A DNA stretch of 64,000 bases from an uncultured Clostridia bacterium (GCA_944384585.1 CALWTY010000004.1:1563-65562), one strand, 5' to 3'; shown: positions 8,605 through 18,064, counted from the first letter of the stretch. Numbers and translations are program-made. The notes: generated by a model not told the origin, from the sequence alone.

Positions 8605-9162
8605 ATGAAAAAACGGATTTGTGTATGGCTGTCTGCGCTTTTGCTGACAGCGTTGCTTGCCGGCTGCGGAGAGCCCTCCGGCGAGAGAGAGGAGAGCGGG
8701 TCTGCGGGGGATCAGACGACGGCATCCGTCACGGCTTCTGCCCCGGCGTCGGAAAAGAAGGGCTATCTCTTCCGGTTTGACGGCAAGGATGTATACTGCA
8801 ATCAGGACGGCGAGGAGGCGCTCTCGATTCTCGGAGAATTCGAACATAAGCTGGAATCTCCCTCCTGTGCCTTTGACGGCGTGGATACCACCTATTATTA
8901 CGCTTCGGTGCAGCTGATCACCTACACCGACGGATCGTCTCCTTCGAAGGTGCTGTCGATCTATCTGCAGGATGATACCGTCGAAACGGCGGAAGGAATC
9001 TCAGTGGGAGACAGCAAGGAGGACGTGGAGGCCGCCTACGGCGAGCCGGCAGAGCGGGGGGAGAACAGTCTGATTTTCGAAAAGGACGGAATGAGGCTGA
9101 CCTTTGTCTTCAACGAGGACGGCGTTTCGTCGGTTCTCTATTCTCTGATCACGGAGGAATAA
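8605..9162 (+). CDS. Lipoprotein of unknown function
   Basis: ATG 8605 after GAAAGGA; MKKR + hydrophobic stretch + lipobox LAGC (Cys21); Ser/Thr/Ala linker; GISVGDSKEDVEAAYGEP domain. Confidence 0.8.
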   Translation: MKKRICVWLSALLLTALLAGCGEPSGEREESGSAGDQTTASVTASAPASEKKGYLFRFDGKDVYCNQDGEEALSILGEFEHKLESPSCAFDGVDTTYYYASVQLITYTDGSSPSKVLSIYLQDDTVETAEGISVGDSKEDVEAAYGEPAERGENSLIFEKDGMRLTFVFNEDGVSSVLYSLITEE

Positions 9163-9167
9163 GGTTG

Positions 9168-9199
9168 CCGCCGTCACCCGAACGGGTGACGGCGGTTTT
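9168..9199 (+). terminator. Rho-independent terminator of the Dlt-like operon
   Basis: CCGCCGTCACCC-GAAC-GGGTGACGGCGG-TTTT. Confidence 0.8.
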
Positions 9200-9273
9200 A
9201 TCGATGGCGGGAAGCGGGGATCGGCGGGCGGGAAGGCATCAGGGCATCGGGGCTGTAAGCCTGTCTGCGTCCC

Positions 9274-9376
9274 GCCGCCCGTTCGGAAGCAATCTCTACG
9301 ACGTTTTGCCGCCGGTCGGAAGCAAATCCTTACGACGTTCCGCCGCCCGGCCGGAAGCAAATCCTTACGACGTTTC
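9274..9376. repeat. Three tandem copies of a 34-35-bp unit
   Basis: GCCGCC..CGGAAGCAA(A)TC(C)TTACGACGTT units start at 9274, 9308 and 9342 with no spacers. Confidence 0.85.
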
Positions 9377-10213
9377 GCCTCCTCCGCCGGTTGAGGACTT
9401 ACCCGCCCTTGCTTCAACGGGTGTCAGCCCGAAGGCCTTTCGGTATACCTTGGAGAAATATCCCGCGTCGCGGAAGCCGCAGTCGAAGGCAATGCTTTTG
9501 ACGGGGCGGTTTGTCCCGGTTATCAGCTTCTCCGCCTCCGCAAGGCGCAGCTCGTTCAGCTTATCGGACACCGAACAGCCGTATTTCTTTTTGAAGGAGG
9601 AGAGGAGGTGTGTACGGCTGCAGAGAAACTCCCCGCATAGCCGTTCCAGCGTAATTCTCTCGCGATAATGCTCCGACAGATACGACAAAACCGTCTCCGG
9701 CAGATCGCGGGTTTTCGGTCGGAGAATGTTTGACAGCGTGATATAGCCGGCGAAGACCGACATGATGTTGGCATAGGTGCGAAGCATCGGCTCCCCCACC
9801 CGCGGAATCTGCCCGACGGCGGCGGAGAGGGAGCTGTCGGATTGCCCGAGAAGAACGGATGCCGCCTCAAGCGCCGCATGAAGCTCGGCCTCGGTCTCCC
9901 CCAGCACCTGCCCCATCATCAGATAGCCGATCGGTACGTCATAGCGGCAGATCGGGCAGACCGCCTCCCACAGCCCGAAAGGGCATCGGTAGACGACAAG
10001 CCCCCGCTCCCGATCGGCGGCGCGGAAGGCCGCGTCATCGCTCATGCGGCAGCGCTCCTCCGCCTCCGCCGAGGCGTGAAGAAGACGGCAGAACCGGAGA
10101 GGCTCCTCCGGGCAGGAGGCAAGCTCCTTTCCGTCGCGGTCGTGGATCGAGATTCTGAAGCCGGTGGCGCGGTGCAGCTCCCGCAGCAGCGAGGAGAGAT
10201 CCGGTTGCTTCAT
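9365..10213 (-). CDS. AraC family regulator with N-terminal PocR-type sensor domain
   Basis: FCRLLH, YRCPFGLWEAVCPI (PocR); C-terminal double HTH ..IAFDCGFRDAGYFSKVYRKAFGLTP. Confidence 0.9.
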   Translation of the reverse strand: MKQPDLSSLLRELHRATGFRISIHDRDGKELASCPEEPLRFCRLLHASAEAEERCRMSDDAAFRAADRERGLVVYRCPFGLWEAVCPICRYDVPIGYLMMGQVLGETEAELHAALEAASVLLGQSDSSLSAAVGQIPRVGEPMLRTYANIMSVFAGYITLSNILRPKTRDLPETVLSYLSEHYRERITLERLCGEFLCSRTHLLSSFKKKYGCSVSDKLNELRLAEAEKLITGTNRPVKSIAFDCGFRDAGYFSKVYRKAFGLTPVEARAGKSSTGGGGETS

Positions 10214-10259
10214 GGCAGTCCTCCTGTCGGATTATCATTTGTGTACGATTTTACTATAC

Positions 10260-10304
10260 ATTATACTATTTTTTATTGAAATGTCAAGCGCGTCGGTGTA
10301 TAAT
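10260..10304. promoter_or_regulatory. Overlapping divergent sigma-A promoters
   Basis: Plus strand TTGAAA(10276)-N17-TATAAT(10299); minus strand TTGACA(10287)-N16-TATAAT. Confidence 0.65.
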
Positions 10305-10379
10305 GATAGCGTCAGAACAAGAGAAGAGGTCCGCCACCCGACCGAGGGACCGGCGGTCCCGAAAGGATTGGTGAGCAAT

Positions 10380-11204
10380 ATGGCAAAGGCAACGCTGGTG
10401 GTAATGGCCGCCGGGATGGGAAGCCGCTTCGGCGGCCTGAAGCAGCTTGAGCCTGTCGGGTTGAACGGCGAGGTGCTGCTGGACTATTCTGTCTACGATG
10501 CAAGGCGCGCAGGCTTTGACAAGGTCGTTTTCATCATCAAGGAGAGCATTGAAAAGGAGTTCCGCGCGCTGGCGGGAGACCGCATCTCCGCCAATATCGA
10601 GACGGAGTATGTGTTCCAGCAGATTCCCGCGCATCGGAAGAAGCCCTACGGGACGGGAGAGGCGATCCTTTGCGCGGCGGATGCCGTGGATTCCCCGTTT
10701 TCCGTGATCAACGCCGATGATTTCTACGGCGAGGACGCCTTCCGCAGGATTCGGAGGGGGCTTGAGGATCGCCGGGATTACTGCATGGTGGGATATCGTC
10801 TTGAGAATACCCTTTCCGACAACGGCGCGGTCTCGCGAGGGGTCTGTGAGATCGAAAACGGATTTCTGACCGATATCAAGGAGCATACGGCGCTGACGAG
10901 GGAGTCCGGGCTTCCCGCATCGACCGTCGTTTCGATGAATATGTGGGGGCTTCAGCCCGACATCTTCCCGGAGCTGAAGAAGCAGTTTTCGGAATTCCTT
11001 GAGACCGCCGACATCACAAAAGACGAATTTCAGATCCCGAAGGTGATCGCCCGCGTCATTGAGAGCGGTATGCATCGGGTTCGGGTCTACAACACCGACG
11101 AGGTCTGGTACGGCATGACCTATCGGGAGGATAAGGAGAAGGTCGCGGAGGCTGTCAGACGGATGACCGCGGAGGGGCGATATCCCGAGGAGCTGTGGCG
11201 ATGA
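10380..11204 (+). CDS. Sugar-phosphate nucleotidyltransferase (MurU/GlmU-like GT-A fold)
   Basis: VMAAGMGSRFGGLKQ, PYGTG, VINADDFYG; start placed at ATG 10380. Confidence 0.88.
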   Translation: MAKATLVVMAAGMGSRFGGLKQLEPVGLNGEVLLDYSVYDARRAGFDKVVFIIKESIEKEFRALAGDRISANIETEYVFQQIPAHRKKPYGTGEAILCAADAVDSPFSVINADDFYGEDAFRRIRRGLEDRRDYCMVGYRLENTLSDNGAVSRGVCEIENGFLTDIKEHTALTRESGLPASTVVSMNMWGLQPDIFPELKKQFSEFLETADITKDEFQIPKVIARVIESGMHRVRVYNTDEVWYGMTYREDKEKVAEAVRRMTAEGRYPEELWR

Positions 11205-12301
11205 AAGAGATGGAAGCGATCTGCCGGCTTTTTGCCTTTGAGGGCAGACTGATCCACGCAGAGCCCTACGGATGCGGCCATATCAACGATACCTACTGCC
11301 TGTGGTTCGATCGGGGCGGCCGTCCGCCGAGGCGTTATATTCTGCAGCGCATCAATACCGATATCTTCCGTGACGTCGACGGTCTGATGCGGAATATTGC
11401 AGCTGTGACCGAGCATATCCGCGCCGGCCTGAGAGCGGAGGGGCGGGACGACAGCCGCGGGACGCTGACGGTGATCCCGACGGTCGACGGCGGGCTGTAT
11501 GCCCGCACCGATGACGGCTGCTATCGTGCGTATGTCTTTCTGGAAAATACCGTCTCCCTCCAGACAGTCGAAAACCGCGACCGGTTTGCCGCACTCGGCA
11601 GAGCCTTCGGGCGGTTTCAGAAGCAGCTTGCGGATTTTGACGCTTCCTCGCTGGTTGAGACGATTCCCGACTTTCATAATACCGTCCGGCGCTGTATCGC
11701 CCTTGAGGCGGCGGTGAAGCGGGATGCGGTGGGGCGCGCCGCCTCGGTTGCGGCGGAAATCGCATTTGCCGATGCCAAAAAGGGGGAGGCAGGGGTTCTG
11801 ATCGAAGGAGCGGAGCGGGGAGAGCTTCCCGTTCGGGTCACGCATAACGACACCAAGCTCAACAACGTGCTGTTTGACATCGACAGCGGGGAGACGGCGG
11901 TGATCGATCTGGATACCGTGATGCCGGGGCTGGTGCTTTATGATTTCGGAGACAGCATCCGCTTCGGTGCAAGCACCGCCGCCGAGGATGAAAAGGACCT
12001 CAGTCGGGTCGGGATGGATCTGACGCTCTTCGAGGCGTATGCCGAGGGCTTTCTTGAGACCTGCGGCGATATGCTGACAAGCGCGGAGCGGGAGCTTCTC
12101 CCGTTTTCCGCCCGTCTGATGACCTATGAATGCGGCGTGCGCTTTTTGACAGATTACCTGGAGGGCGACGTCTATTTCAAAACCCACTATCCCGGGCAGA
12201 ATCTTGATCGCTGCCGCACGCAGTTCAGGCTCGTTGCCGATATGGAAGGAAAGCAGGAGCAGATGCGGCGGATCATCAATCGCATTACGGCGCGCCTTTG
12301 A
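11201..12301 (+). CDS. N-acetylhexosamine 1-kinase / AmgK-like phosphotransferase (APH fold)
   Basis: GHINDTY, YILQRIN, THNDTKLNNVLF, VIDLDTVMPG, YDFGDSIR; ATGA overlap with the upstream gene. Confidence 0.85.
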   Translation: MKEMEAICRLFAFEGRLIHAEPYGCGHINDTYCLWFDRGGRPPRRYILQRINTDIFRDVDGLMRNIAAVTEHIRAGLRAEGRDDSRGTLTVIPTVDGGLYARTDDGCYRAYVFLENTVSLQTVENRDRFAALGRAFGRFQKQLADFDASSLVETIPDFHNTVRRCIALEAAVKRDAVGRAASVAAEIAFADAKKGEAGVLIEGAERGELPVRVTHNDTKLNNVLFDIDSGETAVIDLDTVMPGLVLYDFGDSIRFGASTAAEDEKDLSRVGMDLTLFEAYAEGFLETCGDMLTSAERELLPFSARLMTYECGVRFLTDYLEGDVYFKTHYPGQNLDRCRTQFRLVADMEGKQEQMRRIINRITARL

Positions 12302-12318
12302 AGCGCGGGAGCGGGGAA

Positions 12319-12786
12319 ATGGGAATGTATCGGTACGAAAGAAAGGTTCAGTATCACGAAACCGACAAGATGGGGATCACCCATCACGCCAACTATGTCA
12401 AATGGATGGAGGAGGCGCGGGTGGCCTATCTGGAAGCGGTCGGCCTTCCCTTTGAGAAAATCGAGGCGGAGGGGATCGTCTCTCCCGTCGTGCGGCTGAC
12501 GATCGATTACAAGCTCCCCTCCACCTTCGGGGATACCGTGACGGTTCTGGTGAGCGTGGAGCGGTATAACGGCTTCCTCTTTGAAATCTCCTACCGGATG
12601 ATCGGGCGTGACGGGGAGGAAACGATCGCGGAGGCGCACTCTTCGCATTGCTTCATGAAAAACGGCAGGATCGTATCCCTCAAGCGATCCGATCCGTCGA
12701 TGCATGAGCTTCTGGAAAACGCCTTTTCCGGCGATCGGAGAGAGGAGCGGGACGGGGCTTCGGCGGAAGAGAAGCCGGGCACATAA
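12319..12786 (+). CDS. Acyl-CoA thioesterase (YbgC/4HBT hot-dog family)
   Basis: YHETDKMGITHHANYVKWMEEAR. Confidence 0.9.
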   Translation: MGMYRYERKVQYHETDKMGITHHANYVKWMEEARVAYLEAVGLPFEKIEAEGIVSPVVRLTIDYKLPSTFGDTVTVLVSVERYNGFLFEISYRMIGRDGEETIAEAHSSHCFMKNGRIVSLKRSDPSMHELLENAFSGDRREERDGASAEEKPGT

Positions 12787-12798
12787 ATACGCAGCAAA

Positions 12799-12830
12799 AG
12801 CCTCCCGCAGAATCGGTTCCGCGGGAGGCT
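12799..12830. terminator. Hairpin between convergent genes (probably bidirectional terminator)
   Basis: AGCCTCCCGC...GCGGGAGGCT. Confidence 0.6.
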
Positions 12831-12855
12831 GATCGTTTTGTAAGAGGCGCTGTTA

Positions 12856-14454
12856 TCAATCGGAATGGTTGATGATCAGAACGTCGTCCTCCCGCAGGAC
12901 GGTTTTGCCCTCCGGGATGACAATGTTGTTTTTGCGTTTGATCATGATGACGAGCATATCGGAGCCGAGGTCGATCTCGGAGAGCGATTTGCCGAGCCAC
13001 TCGTTATCCTGTGTGATCCGCATCTCGGTCAGAGAGCCGAGATATTCTCCTCCGATGGAGGGGGCGCTGATGACGGCGATGTCGTCAGGCAGCAGCACCG
13101 TGTTGCCCTTCGGGACGATGTGAGTTCCGTCCCGCACCAGCAGCGCGATCAGGGTCTGCGGAAGCAGCCGAACCTCCTTGATCTTCCGATTAGCCCAGGG
13201 ATGCCCCGCGTGGATCTGAAGCTTGATGAATTCCACGGGAATCTCCTCGGAATAGTCGCTGAAGGTCTTCATAACGTCGCTGTTCTCATCGGTCATGCCG
13301 AGCTTTTTCGCAGCGAAGGGGATCAGCGTTCCCTGCAGTGAGATCGAGAAGAGAACGATGAAGAACACGATATGGAAGATATCGTTTCCGAGATGGGCGG
13401 CGCTGACCTGGGCGACGATGGCGAACACGATGGAGGCCGCTCCTCTCAACCCGGCGAGGGAGATGAGGAGCTGCTGTCTGATCGGGCAGCGAAAGGGCGT
13501 CAGAATGGTAAAGACCGCAAGAGGCCGGGCGACAAAGGTCAGAAACAGCGCAATGGCGAGGGCGGTCAGCGCGATGGCGGGGAGCTGCGAGGGGAAGGAG
13601 AGCAGGCCGAGCAGGAAGAAGATGGCGATCTGCATCAGTCCGTTCAGACCGTCAAAAAAGCCGACCATTGTCTTCTTGTTCCGAATGGGCTTGTTTCCGA
13701 GGAGGATGCCGGTGATATAGGTGCTGAGATATCCGTTTCCGCCGAGCAGCGCCGCCCCGGAATAGGAGAGCAGTGCCACGCTGAATACGAAGAGGGAATC
13801 GGAGCCGTCGGCGGTGAGGCGGACGCGCTTCAGCACGAAAAGCGCGAGAAAGGCGGTGAGAACCCCGACCAGCGCGCCGACAGCGATCTGGGCAAGGATC
13901 ATGAGGAGCATCTGTCCGATGCTGAATTCTCCCTTCATCAGCGAAAGAAGAATGATGGTCATCATATAGGCAAACGGATCGTTGCTCCCGCTCTCCACCT
14001 CAAGCAGCGAGGCGGTATTGTACTTCAGATTGAGCTTTTTGGAGCGGAGGATGGCGAAAACGGAGGCGGCGTCGGTCGATCCGATGACCGCGCCGATGAG
14101 AAAGCTCTCCAGCAGCGGGATGTCGAGAACAAAACAGCAGAACAGCCCGGTGAAGGCAGCGGTCAGAATCACTCCGAAGGAGGAGAGCAGCACCGCCTTG
14201 ACGGCGACGGGCTTTGCCTTTCTGATATTCGTGCCGAAGCCGCCGTAGAACATAATGAAGATCAGCGCCGTCGAGCAGATCTGCTCGGCAAAGGGATAAT
14301 CGTCAAATCCGATCTTGATGATGCCGTCCGATCCGAAGAGCATTCCCAGCACGATGAAGGCAAGCAGCGTGGGGATCCCGTACCGGAAGGAGAGCTTCCC
14401 TGCGGAAAGACAGATAATGATGATGACGGCGGCGACAAAGATAAAGAGATTCAT
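12856..14454 (-). CDS. K+/H+ antiporter (CPA1, CvrA/NhaP2-like) with two TrkA-C domains
   Basis: GSTDAASVF, LEVESGSNDP, GLRGAASIVFA; C-terminal RCK-C repeats. Confidence 0.92.
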   Translation of the reverse strand: MNLFIFVAAVIIIICLSAGKLSFRYGIPTLLAFIVLGMLFGSDGIIKIGFDDYPFAEQICSTALIFIMFYGGFGTNIRKAKPVAVKAVLLSSFGVILTAAFTGLFCCFVLDIPLLESFLIGAVIGSTDAASVFAILRSKKLNLKYNTASLLEVESGSNDPFAYMMTIILLSLMKGEFSIGQMLLMILAQIAVGALVGVLTAFLALFVLKRVRLTADGSDSLFVFSVALLSYSGAALLGGNGYLSTYITGILLGNKPIRNKKTMVGFFDGLNGLMQIAIFFLLGLLSFPSQLPAIALTALAIALFLTFVARPLAVFTILTPFRCPIRQQLLISLAGLRGAASIVFAIVAQVSAAHLGNDIFHIVFFIVLFSISLQGTLIPFAAKKLGMTDENSDVMKTFSDYSEEIPVEFIKLQIHAGHPWANRKIKEVRLLPQTLIALLVRDGTHIVPKGNTVLLPDDIAVISAPSIGGEYLGSLTEMRITQDNEWLGKSLSEIDLGSDMLVIMIKRKNNIVIPEGKTVLREDDVLIINHSD

Positions 14455-14481
14455 GCTTCCTCCCGGGATGACGGTAGTGGT

Positions 14482-15477
14482 TCAGACGGGAAACAGCTTG
14501 ACGTCGAGACAGAGTCGATCGGTGCAGGCGGGACTTCCGTCCCGGATCGCTTTCATCAGCAGCTCGGCGGCTGCCTCACTCATGCGGGTATCGGCCGCAC
14601 CGACGGAATCGAGGGGCGGCATATAAAAAAGACGTTTGCGCAGATGGTCGATCCCGACCACCGGGATATCCTCCGGCACTTTTTTGCCTCGCTCCGACAG
14701 CAGATTGATCGCGGCATAGGCAAACAGATCGGAAAAGGCGAAGATTGCGTCGTATTCGATCCCCCGTCCGGCAAGTTCGTCAAAGACCCGGCCGATCGTC
14801 CCCGCCTTGGTCGGAATGGTGAAGACCATCTCCTCCCGATAGGGAAGCCCGCAGTCGGAAAGGGCGCTGCGATAACCGGTGAGCCGATCCGCCGCACAGG
14901 AAATGGAGAGCAGACCGTTGATGAAGACGATACGGCTGCGGCGGTAATGCTCCGCCAGATAGCTGGTGGCGAGATAGCCGCTCTTCACGTCGTCGAGAAT
15001 GACGGAGGGATGCTCTCCGACCCGACGCCCCAGGAGAATATAGGGCTTCCCGGTCTTTTTGAGAAATTCGAGGTTGTCGTGGCATTCGGGACAGGGGCAG
15101 AGGATAAAGCCGTCGACCTTTTTCCCGAGGGCGCTTTTGATCGCCCGCCGTTCCAGCTCGCGATCCTCGTTGGTGTTGAGAATCAGGACCGAATAGCCGT
15201 AGGCTGAGACCAGCTGCTCGGTCTCCCGCACCAGGATGGCGAAGAGCGGGTTTGTGATATCCGCGAGGATGACGGCGATGGTGCCGGTCCTGCCCGTCCG
15301 CATGGAGCTTGCGATGTTGTCGTTGATGTAACCCATTTCGTCAGCCACGGCGTTGATATATGCGACGGTTTTCTGCGAGATGTCGGGCTTGTGATGCAGG
15401 GCGCGGGATACGGTATTGACGGTATAGCCGGTCTTTTCCGCGATATCCCGAAGCGTGACGCGGTTGTTTTTGATCAT
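14482..15477 (-). CDS. LacI family transcriptional regulator
   Basis: TLRDIAEKTGYTVNTVSRAL HTH; periplasmic-binding-fold core, VPEDIPVVGID. Confidence 0.93.
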   Translation of the reverse strand: MIKNNRVTLRDIAEKTGYTVNTVSRALHHKPDISQKTVAYINAVADEMGYINDNIASSMRTGRTGTIAVILADITNPLFAILVRETEQLVSAYGYSVLILNTNEDRELERRAIKSALGKKVDGFILCPCPECHDNLEFLKKTGKPYILLGRRVGEHPSVILDDVKSGYLATSYLAEHYRRSRIVFINGLLSISCAADRLTGYRSALSDCGLPYREEMVFTIPTKAGTIGRVFDELAGRGIEYDAIFAFSDLFAYAAINLLSERGKKVPEDIPVVGIDHLRKRLFYMPPLDSVGAADTRMSEAAAELLMKAIRDGSPACTDRLCLDVKLFPV

Positions 15478-15567
15478 GTTGGTTCAGCCTTTGTTCCGGA
15501 TTGATGGATATGCGTTACGGGGCGGCGCTGGCTCTCATGCCTTGTAAAATGACGGCATATCAACAAT

Positions 15568-15596
15568 ATTATACCGTTTTTCCGAAGGGATGTCAA
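15568..15596 (-). promoter_or_regulatory. Consensus sigma-A promoter for the LacI gene
   Basis: TTGACA-N17-TATAAT on the minus strand. Confidence 0.8.
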
Positions 15597-15666
15597 TAGC
15601 AGCGGGGCGCTGACAGAAAAAAAGCAGCAGGCACCGGGGGCGCGCTGCTGCCGTCAGGACCGGGGC

Positions 15667-16251
15667 TCAGTCGGTCTTTTCGACCGGACCGAGGAATTTG
15701 GTGAACCGCTTTCCCTTGACGCCCATGATATAGGCGGCCATACAGGTCAGCATGGCGGGGAGGGTGATGACGATGAAGATCCAGGGGGAATTGGGGAACC
15801 AGAAGTTGATTACGCCGGAATACATTCCCTCAAGCAGGGTGGCGATCGTTTTGGCAGTGCCGAAGAGGTTGACGGCACTCTGGGGGGCGACAGGGAAGAT
15901 CACGCCCGCTTCGTTGGGAGCGCCGAGGACGGAGGTATAATAGCTGACCGTGATCAGAATGCCGAGGACAAGGTTGAGAAGATTGGCGCAGAAGGAGATG
16001 AGCAGCCCCTTCATCGGCCGGTATTTCAGCCGTTTGCCGTCGATCCTGATTTTTTCGGCGTAGCCGATCTCCCAGGTCATGGTGTAGAGAAGCACCATAT
16101 AAAACACGATTGAGAAGATGCTGGAGATGAGAAAGAGGATTTCGTTCTGGCTCGTCGCCATTGACAGAACCAGGCCGAACATGGTCATTCCGATCTGATT
16201 TACGATCATTTTGAAAATCAGATAGGAGTTATCCTTCAAAAAATTGATCAT
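15667..16251 (-). CDS. Hypothetical membrane protein (about four TM helices)
   Basis: Start placed at MINFLKDNSY; several hydrophobic helices; host-like codon style. Confidence 0.75.
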   Translation of the reverse strand: MINFLKDNSYLIFKMIVNQIGMTMFGLVLSMATSQNEILFLISSIFSIVFYMVLLYTMTWEIGYAEKIRIDGKRLKYRPMKGLLISFCANLLNLVLGILITVSYYTSVLGAPNEAGVIFPVAPQSAVNLFGTAKTIATLLEGMYSGVINFWFPNSPWIFIVITLPAMLTCMAAYIMGVKGKRFTKFLGPVEKTD

Positions 16252-16541
16252 GAAGTGAGCCGCGATCCTTTCACAAAGGGTAGTGCAAGCCGTTAAAAAG
16301 CCGCTGTCCGATCCGGGCGGCGGATGGTTTGCCGTCAGGCTGTGCATCGGCGTCGGGAGCTGCCCGATCCGCCACTTTTTATTTTAATCGCTTATTATTA
16401 ACAAAACAAGCGGATTGTAGAAAATTTACACTTTCGAAAAGATTTTTCCGATTCGGATATAAAGATATCTGTTATGCTTTTCTTGCAGGGGAATTCCGCA
16501 TTGACCGGCGGAATCCCGAATTCATCATAAGGAGTGGTGGC

Positions 16542-17546
16542 ATGACGCAGCTTCCCGAGCCGATTACCGAATTTTCGCAGTATATGCTGGTGGTTAAGGG
16601 GCGATCCCGCCGAACGGTGGAGCAATATGAGATCGACCTGATGCTGTTCTTTAAATTCCTGAAGGCCAAGCGGAACGGTCTGCCCACCTCGGGGGAGGAG
16701 TTCGATACCCTCCCCATTGCCGAGCTGGATCATGCCTTCGCCGGCTCGGTGACGAGAACGGAGGTGCTGGAGTTCTTGAATTTTGCCGCGATCGGACGGG
16801 AGAACCACGCAAGAACCCGGGCAAGGAAGCTCTCCTCCCTCAAGTCCTTCTACCGCTATTACTGCGGCACGATGATGCGGTTTCCGCAGAATCCGACCGA
16901 TCACATCGATTCCCCGAAGCTCCCGAAAAACCTGCCGAAGCATCTGACGGCGGAGGAGAGCATTGAGCTGCTCCGTACCGTCGGATCTGACGCGGAAAAT
17001 CGTTTCCGCACGCGGGATTATTGCATGATCACGCTGTTTCTCAACTGCGGGCTGCGGCTCTCCGAGCTGGTCGGGATCAATCTCGGGGACATTGACCGCG
17101 ATATGGTCTCGCTCCGGGTGACGGGGAAGGGGGCGAAGGAGCGGGTGATCTACCTCAACGACGCCTGCCGCGCAGCGCTGACCGCCTATCTGCGCGACCG
17201 GGACAAAGAGCCGGAGCCGGGGCACAAGAATGCCCTGTTCCTCAGCGCGAGGCACCGTCGCATCAGCAAGCAAATGGTGCAGACCGTGGTCTATCGCAGT
17301 CTGGACGCCGCAGGATTTCACAATCGCGGGCTGTCGGTGCATAAGCTGAGGCATACTGCCGCGACGCTGATGTATCAGACCGGCAAGGTCGATATCCGGG
17401 TTTTAAAGGACATTCTCGGGCACGAGCAGCTCAATACCACACAAATCTATACCCATGTCAGCGACGAGGAGATGCGCCGCGCCATGTCGCAGAACCCGCT
17501 TGCGAATCTGACGGAGGGGCGGCTTCCGAAGGATAAGAAGGAATAA
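16542..17546 (+). CDS. Tyrosine recombinase, XerC/XerD family
   Basis: AAGGAG RBS; GLRLSEL, GKGAKER, HKLRH, LGHEQLNTTQIY (complete R-K-H-R-H-Y set). Confidence 0.92.
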   Translation: MTQLPEPITEFSQYMLVVKGRSRRTVEQYEIDLMLFFKFLKAKRNGLPTSGEEFDTLPIAELDHAFAGSVTRTEVLEFLNFAAIGRENHARTRARKLSSLKSFYRYYCGTMMRFPQNPTDHIDSPKLPKNLPKHLTAEESIELLRTVGSDAENRFRTRDYCMITLFLNCGLRLSELVGINLGDIDRDMVSLRVTGKGAKERVIYLNDACRAALTAYLRDRDKEPEPGHKNALFLSARHRRISKQMVQTVVYRSLDAAGFHNRGLSVHKLRHTAATLMYQTGKVDIRVLKDILGHEQLNTTQIYTHVSDEEMRRAMSQNPLANLTEGRLPKDKKE

Positions 17547-17860
17547 CTCCGCCCGGGCGGCGAAGGGAAGCCTTCTGCTGCGGGGGCGGGATGAGCCGTC
17601 TTTTTCAGAGCTTTTCGGATCAGCGCCCCGTCAGACCGGCAGCGGAAAAACGCGAGGAAATGAGCCCGGTTCCGAAATCGGAGGCAGCTGAAGCCGGGAT
17701 TTCCGCGTTTGCGCCGGGGAGAAGACGGGCCGACAACGGACGTTTGCATATCCCGGATCGGTCGGAAGGTCGATTCATGGGGGATCCGTTCCCGATGAGC
17801 GGGAAGCGCACCCGGATCCCGGCGAGGAGATCCTCTCGGCGCCTCAAGCGAAGGAAATGC

Positions 17861-18064
17861 TTATTTCTTCCGACCGAGCCTGACCCGACGTCCGTCGGGG
17901 TATTCGATCTCGGTGTTGTCGAGGGTGGCGGTGAGGTTCTGACGGACTGCGAGGAGATATTCTTCCCGCAGTCTGCGCTGCTCCTCCTGCTCATCGGGGG
18001 TGAGCCCCGACTGCTTCTTTTTCCTTGCCAGCTCGTTTATCCGTTCGATTTTATTCCGTTCCAT
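17861..18064 (-). CDS. DUF896 (UPF0291, YnzC-like) protein
   Basis: IERINELARKKKQSGLTPDEQEEQRRLREEYL. Confidence 0.9.
   Translation of the reverse strand: MERNKIERINELARKKKQSGLTPDEQEEQRRLREEYLLAVRQNLTATLDNTEIEYPDGRRVRLGRKK

Noticed and set aside
9274-9376. Repeats at 9274, 28404 and 33061 as CRISPR arrays
   Set aside because: The units are contiguous with no unique spacers, there are only 2-3 copies, and no cas genes are present
16542-17546. Tyrosine recombinase as a phage/ICE integrase
   Set aside because: Xer-like size and motifs, host-like composition, housekeeping neighbours, and no att repeats, tRNA or cargo
17547-17860. GC-rich intergenic stretches (also 21660-21890, 34330-34520, 43760-43930) as ncRNAs or small genes
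   Set aside because: No recognisable riboswitch, sRNA or tRNA motifs, and the overlapping ORFs lack an RBS and protein-like composition
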